This document shows, one piece after another, positions 8,740 through 17,506 of a DNA stretch of 64,000 nucleotides (within the stretch, counting starts at the first letter, position 1; each line of letters opens with the position of its first letter). This DNA comes from a virus. Its lineage: Duplodnaviria > Caudoviricetes. Location of the stretch: IMG/VR virus record IMGVR_UViG_3300049574_000143, positions 4,358-68,357 of that record; one strand, given 5' to 3'. The notes under the pieces were generated by a model. The model was given only the letters and a program-made list of their open reading frames with translations, did not search any database and had not been told where the DNA came from. Position numbers and translations under genes: made by a program.

Positions 8740-8984
8740 GCCGCCACCCGGCCTTTCCCGTGGCATGTCGGGCAGTCGTGGACCGCGGGGAACGGGGCGT
8801 CCTTCCAGGTTCTCCCCCGGAGGGCTTCCCTCGCCGTGGTGTAGGAGACGCCGAATTCCGTCGACAGCTCCAGGATGCCGATCTCGCCTTCGGCGTACCA
8901 CTCGCGCATCTCGGCGACCTTCTTCGGGCTCAGCTTCGCGTGGTGGTGGGCGGTGCCCTTACGTGCTGGCATGCCCCACCTCAT
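8736..8984 (-). CDS. Small HTH DNA-binding protein (resembles the C-terminal DNA-binding part of HNH homing endonucleases)
   Basis: GTAHHHAKLSPKKVAEMR...LSTEFGVSYTTAREALRGRTWK. Confidence 0.6.
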   Translation of the reverse strand: MRWGMPARKGTAHHHAKLSPKKVAEMREWYAEGEIGILELSTEFGVSYTTAREALRGRTWKDAPFPAVHDCPTCHGKGRVAA

Positions 8985-9050
8985 TTAGTTGCATGGCGCA
9001 AATGTCATGCACACCATAGGATCCCGTGGGAGGACGATCTGAGGGCCCCC

Positions 9051-9398
9051 TCACTCGCCGGCCGCCTCGGCTCCCAGCTCCTTGAAGAGGAGGATGACGT
9101 CCTCGGCGGTCCGCTCGTCGGCGTTGTTCCACTCGACCAGGCAGTCAGGCACGGGTCCGCCGGGGTGATTGATCTCCCCGCGCAGCCGGAGCAGGCCTTC
9201 GGCCATGCGGCCCGCCTCGCCGACAAGCGGCCACTGATCCGGCTTGTCGTACCCGAGGTCCATGCCGTACCCGAGATGCCCCCCACTGGCCGCCCAGAGG
9301 GCGCCGAACGCGCAACGCTCCCCGGTGGGCTTGGTATTGACGTGCTTGCAGTGGCCGCTCTCCATGAGGATCTCGGCGGCTCGTTCGAAGATGTTCAC
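9051..9398 (-). CDS. Hypothetical protein (DUF6197-like)
   Basis: AAEIL...G.C......CA.GAL...WN....RT.EDVI; similar to 22898..23296. Confidence 0.6.
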   Translation of the reverse strand: MNIFERAAEILMESGHCKHVNTKPTGERCAFGALWAASGGHLGYGMDLGYDKPDQWPLVGEAGRMAEGLLRLRGEINHPGGPVPDCLVEWNNADERTAEDVILLFKELGAEAAGE

Positions 9399-10495
9399 AG
9401 CTTCCTCTTTCGTCGGTCGATGCCCGTGCCGGGCGGCGCCGGCCGGTTCTTCTTGGCTTCGATGGCCCGCTGCATGGCCGTCGGCTTCGGGGCCTTGACC
9501 AGCGACACCTTCTTCGGCTCGTCGAGGAAGGGGATGGGGGTGTTGGTGCTGATACTGAAGGTGAAAGAGGCACCCTGAAGCTGCGTCATAGCCGTCTGGA
9601 GCGCCTTCGAGGCGTCCTTGATGCTGGCGACCAGTCCCGATACGTCGACAGTCCTCGGCGCCTCCGGCTCGATACCGAGAGCGCTAAGGTCCGGTTTCGG
9701 GTGCGCGGCATACATCTCGTCCGGGCTGTCCCACAGCTTGACGCCGTACCTGCCGGCGACGTGGGACACCTTGTCCTCGATGACCTCGGCCTCGGACTTG
9801 ACGGTGAATTGCGGACTCATGTCCCGGTAGTTCCACACGTCCTCCGCCCTGATCCGCCCCCGCGGCGGCTTCCCCTCCCTCCAGTCCATGTCCCACGGGT
9901 CGTGGAACCTGTAGTAGGACACCCCAGAGGAGGGGCGAGGGCTACCCCAGAAGTCGTAATCGACGGCGCGCGGCACCGGCTTTTCTCCGTTACACCACAT
10001 GTGCTTCGCCCAGTCGACGGCCATTCCAGTGATGCGCATCTTCTCGGCACGGACGCCGAGCCTGCCCATGATGACCTTCCCCTGCACCTCGCATGCCGCG
10101 CGGACGATGACGAGATCATTGCCCCACTCCTCGTCGGCCAGGAAGTGCTTGCCGTAGTCGCGGCCCCACCAGATGCTCCTGTAGAAGTCGGTGGCCGGGT
10201 CATAGTGGGCATAGAACCCGCAGTGGCAGTTGACCTGGGGGGCGGGAGTGGAGTGCTTCGCCTCCTGGATGTAACGGCGCGCACCCACCGAGCATCGGGC
10301 CTCATGCACCTCGACGCCCGGGTGGTAGTCCTTCCGCATCGCCCGCCGGTACCGGTCGGAGGGGGAGCCTATCGCGCCCATCCGGAGGATGATGTTGTTG
10401 AAGGTGTCGACCAGGAAGTGCCGGTAGACGGTGAGGGATTGGGGGACGAGGGTGGTCTCCGAGTTGCTCGTCCCGTAGTCAGTCTGGTCGGGCAC
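9395..10495 (-). CDS. Hypothetical protein with HxxP...CxCGFYA motif
   Basis: 366 aa; HSTPAPQVNCHCGFYA and V.G.V...G.RAEK. Confidence 0.75.
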   Translation of the reverse strand: MPDQTDYGTSNSETTLVPQSLTVYRHFLVDTFNNIILRMGAIGSPSDRYRRAMRKDYHPGVEVHEARCSVGARRYIQEAKHSTPAPQVNCHCGFYAHYDPATDFYRSIWWGRDYGKHFLADEEWGNDLVIVRAACEVQGKVIMGRLGVRAEKMRITGMAVDWAKHMWCNGEKPVPRAVDYDFWGSPRPSSGVSYYRFHDPWDMDWREGKPPRGRIRAEDVWNYRDMSPQFTVKSEAEVIEDKVSHVAGRYGVKLWDSPDEMYAAHPKPDLSALGIEPEAPRTVDVSGLVASIKDASKALQTAMTQLQGASFTFSISTNTPIPFLDEPKKVSLVKAPKPTAMQRAIEAKKNRPAPPGTGIDRRKRKL

Positions 10496-10504
10496 GGGTG
10501 CTCC

Positions 10505-10621
10505 TTACGCGGGTACGGGCTCCGCCGGCGCCGGCGTCTCCGACGGTGTCTCGACGGGGGCGGTCTCGGGGATGGGCTCGAACTCCACGATCTTCGGGTT
10601 CTCTTCGCCGATGTCAGCCAC
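10505..10621 (-). CDS. Small acidic Pro-rich peptide (38 aa)
   Basis: GTG start after GAAAGG; ADIGEENPKIVEFEPIPETAPVETPSETPAPAEPVPA. Confidence 0.55.
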   Translation of the reverse strand: MADIGEENPKIVEFEPIPETAPVETPSETPAPAEPVPA

Positions 10622-10910
10622 GCTTCTTGCCTTTCTTGATGTGGTTGTTGATGGATTCCGAAAGGTCCATCTTTTGTCGTGCGTCGAGGTCGACCGTCGT
10701 GATCGACTCGTGGATATCAGCCCGGCCACCGAGAACCAGCTCCTCGTGCACGGCGAAGACACCGGCGCAATCTTCGATATGCTCTCGGGCGAACTCCCCG
10801 AAGGAGCGCCAGTGTTCGTGATCCATGGCACTGTCGGGGACGTTGTCGAAGATGAGAAGGAACTGCTTTGTCGGCAGAACGTAATGCCTCAGCCGAAGTT
10901 TCTTACCCAC
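10614..10910 (-). CDS. Hypothetical protein
   Basis: GTG start after AAGGGAAGAGG; coding bias. Confidence 0.6.
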   Translation of the reverse strand: MGKKLRLRHYVLPTKQFLLIFDNVPDSAMDHEHWRSFGEFAREHIEDCAGVFAVHEELVLGGRADIHESITTVDLDARQKMDLSESINNHIKKGKKRG

Positions 10911-11155
10911 GTCGCCTCTTCCCTTTGATGCTGGACGCCGAGGGCGAATGCCTCGGCCCAGGTGCGCCGGCCGTACCAGCCCTCCCCGTCGGACGGGACC
11001 CATTCGTCGGTCTCGCAGCCAAGGCAGGTCACGTACCAACGCCCGTCAATGAACTTGGACTTGTAGACCTTCACCTTGTGCCCGTCAATGAACTTGGACT
11101 TGTAGACCTTCACCTTGTGCACCGGGGCGCACCCAGGGCAGCGTTCTACGGCCAT
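10889..11155 (-). CDS. Hypothetical protein with internal 13-aa duplication
   Basis: AGGAG RBS; HKVKVYKSKFIDG twice. Confidence 0.65.
   Translation of the reverse strand: MAVERCPGCAPVHKVKVYKSKFIDGHKVKVYKSKFIDGRWYVTCLGCETDEWVPSDGEGWYGRRTWAEAFALGVQHQREEATWVRNFG
11041..11118. repeat. Perfect 39-bp tandem duplication
   Basis: GCCCGTCAATGAACTTGGACTTGTAGACCTTCACCTTGT x2. Confidence 0.95.
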
Positions 11156-11303
11156 TTGAATTCTCCTAGCCAGCAGTCGGAAGCATGCCGGATGAAACCG
11201 TCAACCTTCCGCGTCTTACAGGAGGGGCAACGGAACTTGAATGCGGCATGGGTTGGACAGCCGCGTTTGTGCTGCGTCTTTCGACCGCAGGTGCAGGTGA
11301 TTT

Positions 11304-11522
11304 TCAGAAGTTTCCTTCGTCCTCGACGACGGCACCGGTAGCGAGCACGGCCATGTCTGCGACGTCGACATTCACCAACCGACGTTGTACGCCGTACTTG
11401 TTGCGGACCCAGCAGCCGAACTCATCGAAACCCTCAAGGGTGTAGACGGCGCTGGAGATCGGCCAGTGCTCGGAGAAGATGACCTTGACCTTCTGGCCTA
11501 TCCAGTCGGGGTTCAGGTCCAT
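11304..11522 (-). CDS. Hypothetical protein
   Basis: MDLNPDWIGQKVKV..., AGAGG RBS. Confidence 0.65.
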   Translation of the reverse strand: MDLNPDWIGQKVKVIFSEHWPISSAVYTLEGFDEFGCWVRNKYGVQRRLVNVDVADMAVLATGAVVEDEGNF

Positions 11523-11818
11523 TCCTCTACCGCCCACATGTCGTCGTCGGGTTCCGGGTGCAGCCGATCGGGGCCGGGATTGATGACGGCGGCCCGCGTG
11601 ATGACCCGGATGATCTTCTTCATCGGGCCGGTGTAGTCGGAGCCGAGGGCGGTGACCGTGGCCGCCGCGCCCTCCTCCTGGACCTGGTTCGGGGGGATCT
11701 CGACCTTGTCCCCGACGGAGAGCGACTGCTCGCCGGCCAGGGGATCGAACTGCCAGGCGTACGTGTACGTCCTGGGGGCGCCGAGGATCTGAACCTGGAC
11801 GGTCTGCTCTATGACCAC
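11513..11818 (-). CDS. Hypothetical protein
   Basis: YTY...L.VGDKVEIP...ATV motif; coupled to neighbours. Confidence 0.65.
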   Translation of the reverse strand: MVIEQTVQVQILGAPRTYTYAWQFDPLAGEQSLSVGDKVEIPPNQVQEEGAAATVTALGSDYTGPMKKIIRVITRAAVINPGPDRLHPEPDDDMWAVEEWT

Positions 11819-12120
11819 GGCATGCCCACCCCGTACCAGCAGGCCAGCCAGCCGCCGACGAAGGCGGTAACGGCGAGGGCGACACTGCCGGTGACCCAGG
11901 CGGCGTCGGTCTCCCACCAGGAGAGGGCGGGGGGATCGTCCTCCCACACCTGGACTGGCGGGGTCTTCGGCGCCGGCCGGTCGACCTTCTCCAGGTCGAC
12001 GGCGGTGTAGCTACCGAGGCAAAGGCGGGCGGTTTCCTTCCTCTCATGCCCGTAGGTCTCGCCGTTGTTCGCGACCCGCACCCGGCGCTTGCAGTACACG
12101 CAGGTGACGCGCCCGATCAT
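11809..12120 (-). CDS. Membrane protein with CxxC
   Basis: TCVYCK; C-terminal hydrophobic helix. Confidence 0.6.
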   Translation of the reverse strand: MIGRVTCVYCKRRVRVANNGETYGHERKETARLCLGSYTAVDLEKVDRPAPKTPPVQVWEDDPPALSWWETDAAWVTGSVALAVTAFVGGWLACWYGVGMPWS

Positions 12121-12305
12121 GCCTTCTCCTTCATGATCCGCCACCCGGTGGGCTTCCCATCGGGGACGGTGATCTGCATCCCGGTGGGCGTCCAGGTCGT
12201 CGGCTTCCCGGTGTCGGCGATCCGCTCGATGAACTGAGCTGCCTCGTCCGGGTAGTTGGCCATCCCCATAACCTGACCCTTGTCGTTCATCGCGTAGTAC
12301 TTCAT
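12117..12305 (-). CDS. Hypothetical protein
   Basis: 62 aa, ATGA overlaps at both ends. Confidence 0.65.
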   Translation of the reverse strand: MKYYAMNDKGQVMGMANYPDEAAQFIERIADTGKPTTWTPTGMQITVPDGKPTGWRIMKEKA

Positions 12306-13282
12306 GAGTCTTCGGTCCTTTCGTAAAGGTCGGTCCAGAGGAGGTCGAGGCTGTCGGCCATGCGGAGACCGGCCTTGATGCGGGGGTCGTTAAGGCGTCG
12401 AAGCCACTTGGTAACCTGGCCGTGAGAGAAGCCGAGCTCCTCACACAGAGCGTTGGCGGAGAGGCCGCGACGGGCCATCTCCTCCTCCAGGACGTCAGCC
12501 TTGAAGCGGTAGCTGCGCGTGATGATGGCGCCCGCGCTGTTGTCCCTGTCGGCGCCGCCCCCGACGGTGACCCTGCACGGCTCACACATCGGGACGTCGT
12601 TGAGCTTGTGGGTGACGTAGCCCTCCAGCGTCCCGCAGTAGCCCGTCCAGTCAGGGATGGCATCGGGGTCACCGATGGTGTCCTCGTCCCAGCACTCCGG
12701 GGGAGCCCATCCGTTCTCCCGGGCGAGGCGCTTGGCCGCGCGCGAGTAGCCGGGTATCACCCCGTAGTCCAGGGGGTCGGCGTACTTCAGCTTGTCGTAC
12801 GTCCTGTCGACGTCGAGGGCCGTCGCCATGTAGGTGAATTTGACGCCCTTCCTGACGGTGACCCGCAGGGCGCTCGCATGCTTGTAACCGAGCATCGGGG
12901 CGAGGAAGTTCATAGGGAAGCCGAGAGCCACCAGGGCCCGCACCTTCCTGAGTGTGGCCGTGGGGTCCAGCTTGGCCCCCTGGTGGCGCGTCCGGCCGAC
13001 AGGGATGTCCGTAACGATCCTGAGCCTGAGGATCTTCTCGTAGGTGTCGCGGTGGATCGTCTTGACGTGACCACTCAGGCTCTGATTGATCGTGGTCCGG
13101 TCGAGGTCGATCTGATCACCGATCTGGGCGCATGTCATGCCGGCGAGGTGGGCGCGGTTGAGGATCTTCATCGCCCGCTCGAACTCGTGCGGGAGAACCC
13201 GTATCGGCTTACCCATGAGCCGGAGCTTCCGGGCCCGCATCCGGAGCATCCGCTGACGCTCGCGCTGCTCTTCTTCAGTCAC
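12302..13282 (-). CDS. Multi-HTH DNA-binding protein
   Basis: HTH-like segments (GMTCAQIGDQIDLDRTTI; LSANALCEELGFSHGQVTKW) and C..C motif. Confidence 0.75.
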   Translation of the reverse strand: MTEEEQRERQRMLRMRARKLRLMGKPIRVLPHEFERAMKILNRAHLAGMTCAQIGDQIDLDRTTINQSLSGHVKTIHRDTYEKILRLRIVTDIPVGRTRHQGAKLDPTATLRKVRALVALGFPMNFLAPMLGYKHASALRVTVRKGVKFTYMATALDVDRTYDKLKYADPLDYGVIPGYSRAAKRLARENGWAPPECWDEDTIGDPDAIPDWTGYCGTLEGYVTHKLNDVPMCEPCRVTVGGGADRDNSAGAIITRSYRFKADVLEEEMARRGLSANALCEELGFSHGQVTKWLRRLNDPRIKAGLRMADSLDLLWTDLYERTEDS

Positions 13283-13289
13283 GGGCGCC

Positions 13290-13715
13290 TCACAGCTGCT
13301 CGTCGATGAGGTCGGCGATCTGCTCGAACGACTGGGCCTCGTTGTCGTTGAGGTTGGTCAGCTGATTCCGGCTATCGTTGTCGAAGTCGACGGTGAGCTC
13401 GTCCCGGCGGACGCCGTACCACTCGGCCACCTTGCGGGGCAGACTCGACCAGGACTGGTCGTAGTACCCGTAGTCGTCAAGCTCTCCGGAGCGGAACATC
13501 CAGAAGCCGCTGTCGTCCCTGTGCCACCCGCCTTCGCCGGTCTCCTTGCGGTAGACCTCGCAGGCGACGCCCAGGCAGCAGTAGGCGTCGGCGCTGCCGT
13601 CCTCCTCGCGGCCGGAAACGCGCAGGGCCTCTTGCCCCTGCTCGTAGTCGCCGGAGCGGAGAGCGGTCGTCCACAGTTCCTTGCGTTCGGGGTGCATTTT
13701 GCTCTTGCGGTTCAC
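13290..13715 (-). CDS. Conserved phage hypothetical protein
   Basis: W..ALRSG.Y.QG...CCLGVACE...L..LND...F..IAD.I pattern. Confidence 0.75.
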   Translation of the reverse strand: MNRKSKMHPERKELWTTALRSGDYEQGQEALRVSGREEDGSADAYCCLGVACEVYRKETGEGGWHRDDSGFWMFRSGELDDYGYYDQSWSSLPRKVAEWYGVRRDELTVDFDNDSRNQLTNLNDNEAQSFEQIADLIDEQL

Positions 13716-14011
13716 GGGTTGTTCCTTTCGGCAAGATGCTCGATGAGCCACACGAAGGCACCGCCGGCGACGATGCGACCGGCCCGGCGGTGCCAGGGGG
13801 AGTGGGCGATGCCCAGCGCCTGCCGCAGGAAGTAACTCAGCGGCGCCTGGGGGTTGTTGGATTTGAGGGCGGCCTTCTCAGCGAGAGCGAAGTAGAGTGC
13901 CCAGCCTCCCCAGACGGCGGCCCAGCGCCAGTCAGGAGGGCTTTGCGGTGTAGGTGAAGGCAAGCGAAGCCACCTCCTTGGGGGTGCGCTTGGCGGGGGC
14001 GTCACCACCAC
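13712..14011 (-). CDS. Putative membrane protein
   Basis: Hydrophobic WAAVWGGWALYFAL and C-terminal helix; start uncertain. Confidence 0.45.
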   Translation of the reverse strand: MVVTPPPSAPPRRWLRLPSPTPQSPPDWRWAAVWGGWALYFALAEKAALKSNNPQAPLSYFLRQALGIAHSPWHRRAGRIVAGGAFVWLIEHLAERNNP

Positions 14012-14150
14012 CTGGGCACTCGGATTCGGACATGAGGGATCGATGCGAGTTGTGCTTCCACTTCAACCCCTGGTCGACCGCGACGATGAACTTGCAGTCG
14101 GTGCAATAACCCCACGCGTCGGGGTCGTTGAACTCGGCGGGCCCGATCAC
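13932..14150 (-). CDS. Hypothetical protein
   Basis: GTGA overlap; CTDC...H...C. Confidence 0.55.
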   Translation of the reverse strand: MIGPAEFNDPDAWGYCTDCKFIVAVDQGLKWKHNSHRSLMSESECPGGGDAPAKRTPKEVASLAFTYTAKPS

Positions 14151-14527
14151 GTGCGGATCAGCTGGGTGACGACGAGGTGTACGCCGTCGTCCTTGACGAT
14201 GCTGGAGTGGACCTCGCCGGTGACCGTCTTGTTGGGGGCGACGTTGAGCTCCGTCTGGGTGCCGGTGTTGAGGACGGCACCGTCGCTGTCACGTACGGCG
14301 TCCCACGTCCAGGTGTAGCTGTGGCTGTGACCGTCGCCGGCCAGGTTCTTGATCTTCCACTCCAGCCAGACCTGATTGCTGCCCAGGTGGTGAACCGACC
14401 GGTCGTCCATGCGGAAGTACAGAAGGTCGTTGGAGGGGTCGCCCTGCGTCCAGGCGGAGGCGACGCCGGCGGCGGCACCGATACCGAGGACGGCAGCGAC
14501 GGCGGCAGGGATGAGGCGCTTGATCAT
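14147..14527 (-). CDS. Secreted protein with Sec signal peptide
   Basis: MIKRLIPAAVAAVLGIGAAAGVASA then a beta-rich mature domain; AGGAG RBS. Confidence 0.75.
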   Translation of the reverse strand: MIKRLIPAAVAAVLGIGAAAGVASAWTQGDPSNDLLYFRMDDRSVHHLGSNQVWLEWKIKNLAGDGHSHSYTWTWDAVRDSDGAVLNTGTQTELNVAPNKTVTGEVHSSIVKDDGVHLVVTQLIRT

Positions 14528-14537
14528 GGTGGTTCTC

Positions 14538-14762
14538 CTATCGGGTGATGATGTTGTTTCGTCTGTGCTCGGCGGCGGCGTCGCACTGCGCACACAGGCG
14601 CATCTCCGCGGCCCTGTCGTACTCCTCCTGGGTTCCTGTGCCGTGCCACAGGTCCGGCCACTGGGGCGTCCTTCCACACATCGCGGAGTTGGGTTGGTTG
14701 GGGCTGAGAAGGTCGTCCAGGAGGTGAGCCGTGGTGCCGCCGGGGGTGTAGACCCGGGTCAC
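14538..14762 (-). CDS. Hypothetical protein
   Basis: H...CGR..W...CAQC pattern. Confidence 0.65.
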   Translation of the reverse strand: MTRVYTPGGTTAHLLDDLLSPNQPNSAMCGRTPQWPDLWHGTGTQEEYDRAAEMRLCAQCDAAAEHRRNNIITR

Positions 14763-14983
14763 TCCTCCGACCCCCTCACCCTCGTGACAAGGAAGGTCAG
14801 GATGGCCTCGATGGTGATCATGGGGAACCAGATCTGGAGGTACCCGAAGGCCGGGATCTGCGGCTGCACCGAATGCCAGAGGCTGAAGCCGACCATGATG
14901 AGTGCGGCGTAAAGGGCGCCGAACAGGACCATGACGGCCGTGCCCGCGACGCCGGCGAAGGCTAGAAGGAACGCGTTCTTCAC
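14759..14983 (-). CDS. Membrane protein
   Basis: Two hydrophobic helices; GTGA overlap. Confidence 0.65.
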   Translation of the reverse strand: MKNAFLLAFAGVAGTAVMVLFGALYAALIMVGFSLWHSVQPQIPAFGYLQIWFPMITIEAILTFLVTRVRGSEE

Positions 14984-15420
14984 TTCGCTTCCTCCTGGGC
15001 GCACTCGTAGCCGCAGCCGGCGTAGCCGGCCAGGTCCACCCAGCTGTCGCGCTTGCCGCGCGAGTGCATCAGCCGGGAGATCTTGATCAGCGGCACGATG
15101 ATCGCGATGTCGGAGGGGAGGATCTCGTTCTCCCCGCTGTGGTCCACACGCCGGTATCCGTACGCGTTGAGGGCGGCGGCGGCCCGCTGGAAGTCCTGTG
15201 TGGGCGGCCCGTACTGGGCGTTCCGGTCGCCAGTGATGAGGTCGATCGCCTCAGTCAGGGCCTCTGCCCGGGGCATCGGCTTGACCAGCGGGATGGCTGA
15301 CCTCTTGGGTGGCTGTACCTGTACCGCGACCTCGCACTTGGGGTGCATGTCGCAGGCGCTCATGTAGTCGTGCTCTCTGTCGTGGTAGAAGGCGATGTCC
15401 GGGTGCGTGTTCGCACGCAT
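14980..15420 (-). CDS. DUF6378-like protein
   Basis: AIDLITGDRNAQYGPP.QDF...KISR...DSWVDLAGYA. Confidence 0.75.
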   Translation of the reverse strand: MRANTHPDIAFYHDREHDYMSACDMHPKCEVAVQVQPPKRSAIPLVKPMPRAEALTEAIDLITGDRNAQYGPPTQDFQRAAAALNAYGYRRVDHSGENEILPSDIAIIVPLIKISRLMHSRGKRDSWVDLAGYAGCGYECAQEEAK

Positions 15421-15434
15421 GCGGGGCGCCGCCA

Positions 15435-15581
15435 TTACTGGCCGCTCCAGACGTCGTCGTAGACGTCCCACATGGTGTCGAGGTCGAGCGACTCGACTCG
15501 GGCGATGACGGCCGGCGCCAGCTTGTTGACGACCAGGTAGCCGATGGTGAACGAGACTGCGAAAGACAGGAGTTGCTTCAT
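15435..15581 (-). CDS. Small membrane protein (48 aa)
   Basis: Manual translation MKQLLSFAVSFTIGYLVVNKLAPAVIARVES...; AAGGA RBS. Confidence 0.55.
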   Translation of the reverse strand: MKQLLSFAVSFTIGYLVVNKLAPAVIARVESLDLDTMWDVYDDVWSGQ

Positions 15582-15587
15582 TGGTCC

Positions 15588-16202
15588 TTACCAGATCAGG
15601 CATGTGTAGGGGCCGGCGCGACCGACACCGACGGCGACACCGGCGGGTATGAGGGCCGGGTCGGGGTCACCGACGGACGCCAGGGAGCAGAGGTCACCTC
15701 TGACGACCCCGGTCTGTTGCATCGTCGAAGCGGCAGCGACAGCGGCCGGGCTGGTGTACCAGGTGGTCGGCGACGATTCCGGCGTCGCAGTCGGCGACGG
15801 AGACGCGGTCGTGGTGGGGCTTGGGCGTGGTGAAGATGATGTGGACTCCCTCACGGCGGAAGCCGACGGCCTCGCAGTCGCACGATTCGGGGTCGCAGAC
15901 GGCCGGGTAGCGGTCGCCACCAGGGTTGGCGTAGGCGATGAGCTCGCCGACCTTGCCCTGTGCGAGGTGCTCGTTGATCTCGTGGATGACGGCGTCGGGG
16001 TTGGCCATGTCGGGGGTCCGTGGGGGGTCAGGTCGGGCGACGATGCGACCGAAGGGGTTGTTGTAGAGGTAGTAACGGGCCTCGTCGATGACGGATCTCC
16101 GTTCGTGGCCCCGAAGGCGACGCCGGCTACGGCCAGGACGGCGAGGGCGCCGAGCAAGATGCCCCGGCGTCGCTTCGGCCGGGGAAGCCGGTGGTCACCC
16201 AT
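15588..16202 (-). CDS. Membrane-anchored Ser/Thr/Pro-rich protein with C-terminal Cys pair
   Basis: Basic N-terminus plus TM (RRRGILLGALAVLAVAGVAFG), S/T/P stalk, C..C end. Confidence 0.65.
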   Translation of the reverse strand: MGDHRLPRPKRRRGILLGALAVLAVAGVAFGATNGDPSSTRPVTTSTTTPSVASSPDLTPHGPPTWPTPTPSSTRSTSTSHRARSASSSPTPTLVATATRPSATPNRATARPSASAVRESTSSSPRPSPTTTASPSPTATPESSPTTWYTSPAAVAAASTMQQTGVVRGDLCSLASVGDPDPALIPAGVAVGVGRAGPYTCLIW

Positions 16203-16239
16203 TACCGCTTATTCCAGACCTTCTCGCAGGCTGGGGCCT

Positions 16240-16518
16240 TCACTTCAGGAGCCGCTCGACCTCGGCTACCTGGGCGTCGGCGAGGTCACTGAGGGCCCTT
16301 GCCACGGCGAGCGCCTCACCGAGCTCCTGGTTGCGGGGGTCACCCTTCTTACGGCGGGCCTCCCCGGTGGCGAGGACCCTGCTTACGCCGTACCCGTCCT
16401 CATGGGAGACGTCGGCCAGGGTGTTGGTGCCGTCATAGAACACCTTCACCGACAGGTTGATCTCACCCACAGAGATCGTGTCGCGGAGATACGGCTCGGT
16501 GCCGGGGGTGTCACTCAT
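16240..16518 (-). CDS. dsRBD-fold (DUF1876-like) protein
   Basis: GEARRKKGD..NQELGEALAVARAL. Confidence 0.6.
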   Translation of the reverse strand: MSDTPGTEPYLRDTISVGEINLSVKVFYDGTNTLADVSHEDGYGVSRVLATGEARRKKGDPRNQELGEALAVARALSDLADAQVAEVERLLK

Positions 16519-16525
16519 GAGTTCC

Positions 16526-17287
16526 TCACTTCACCTGTGTCTTGGTCATGCCGAGGTCGCGTTTCGTGCTGCGGCTCCAGGAGCCGCAGTCCTTGCACTG
16601 GTATTGCTGGAAGCGACCGACGCTCGTGCGGGCGAAGCCTCGCCGAATGAGCTGGCCGGAGCCGCAGTTGGGGCAGGAGTCCTCGATGCCGGAGTAGAGC
16701 CCGTGGTGCGGGTGGTCCTTGATCCAGGGTCGGACCTTGTCGTAGATCTCTTCGAGGAGCCTGACGTCCTGGATGTTGTAGCGCTTCATCTGCGCCCAGG
16801 CCTTCGGGTCGCCGGCCAGGCACTTGATCCACAGGTCATGGCCCTCGTGCTTGACCTTGCCGGCGAGGCCCAGCTGCTCCGAGATGTAGGCGAGCTTGTT
16901 GGAGGGGAACGCGAAGTTCCCTCGCATCACCTTGAGCAGGTCGATCGACTTGTAGGGCTCCGGTGGTGTGAGCCCGTTCAGGACGAACTCGGTGTTGAGG
17001 CGAGGCAGATCGAACTTGTCGCCGTTGTAGTGCATGACGACGTCCGCCTCGGACAGCAGCTGATGCGCGGCCTGGAACATGTCATCCGGACCGTGCTCGA
17101 ACTCGCTGTACCAGTGGACCTTGCGCTCGTCCATGAACTTGGCGCCGAAGCACATCGTGCGCGGCCGTTCAAGGATCTGGTTGATCGCGATGTTCTGTTT
17201 GAACAATCCCCACGCGTGGGCGACGACCGGGCTCGTTTCTATGTCCAAGGACAAGATCCGAGGGCCGCCTATTGAGTTGTTTGACAT
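16526..17287 (-). CDS. RNase H-like / DEDD-type 3'-5' exonuclease with Zn ribbon
   Basis: LDIET, YNGDKFD, IDL, YNIQDV motifs; CPNCG...CKDCG. Confidence 0.85.
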   Translation of the reverse strand: MSNNSIGGPRILSLDIETSPVVAHAWGLFKQNIAINQILERPRTMCFGAKFMDERKVHWYSEFEHGPDDMFQAAHQLLSEADVVMHYNGDKFDLPRLNTEFVLNGLTPPEPYKSIDLLKVMRGNFAFPSNKLAYISEQLGLAGKVKHEGHDLWIKCLAGDPKAWAQMKRYNIQDVRLLEEIYDKVRPWIKDHPHHGLYSGIEDSCPNCGSGQLIRRGFARTSVGRFQQYQCKDCGSWSRSTKRDLGMTKTQVK

Positions 17288-17290
17288 CCC

Positions 17291-17506
17291 TTAACCGATG
17301 TTCGAGCAGTAAAGGCAGGGCTCCTTGGCCGTACAGCGCCAGGGCTCCTGCCAGTCTGCGTAGATGATCGAATCCCACTTCCGTACGTCGCAGCGGTAGG
17401 CCGCCAGCTTCGCCAGCAATTCCGCCCTGGTCAGCTTATTGTCTCGGGCGATGGCTTCGGCGAGGGCGAAGATGTCGCGGTCACCGGGAAGGTAGATCGT
17501 CTCCAT
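17291..17506 (-). CDS. Hypothetical protein
   Basis: 71 aa; C-terminal CTAKEPCLYC. Confidence 0.55.
   Translation of the reverse strand: METIYLPGDRDIFALAEAIARDNKLTRAELLAKLAAYRCDVRKWDSIIYADWQEPWRCTAKEPCLYCSNIG

Noticed and set aside
15588-15720. LysM domain at the C-terminus of the S/T/P-rich protein
   Set aside because: Only VVRGD and DP.LI resemble LysM; length and helices do not fit, and a Cys pair suggests a different small domain.
15694-16008. 104-aa same-strand overlapping ORF with high apparent GC3 (MANPDAVIHE...)
   Set aside because: No RBS. The bias is explained by NCN codons of the Ser/Thr/Pro/Ala stalk in the 15588..16202 frame. Dual coding cannot be fully excluded without proteomics.
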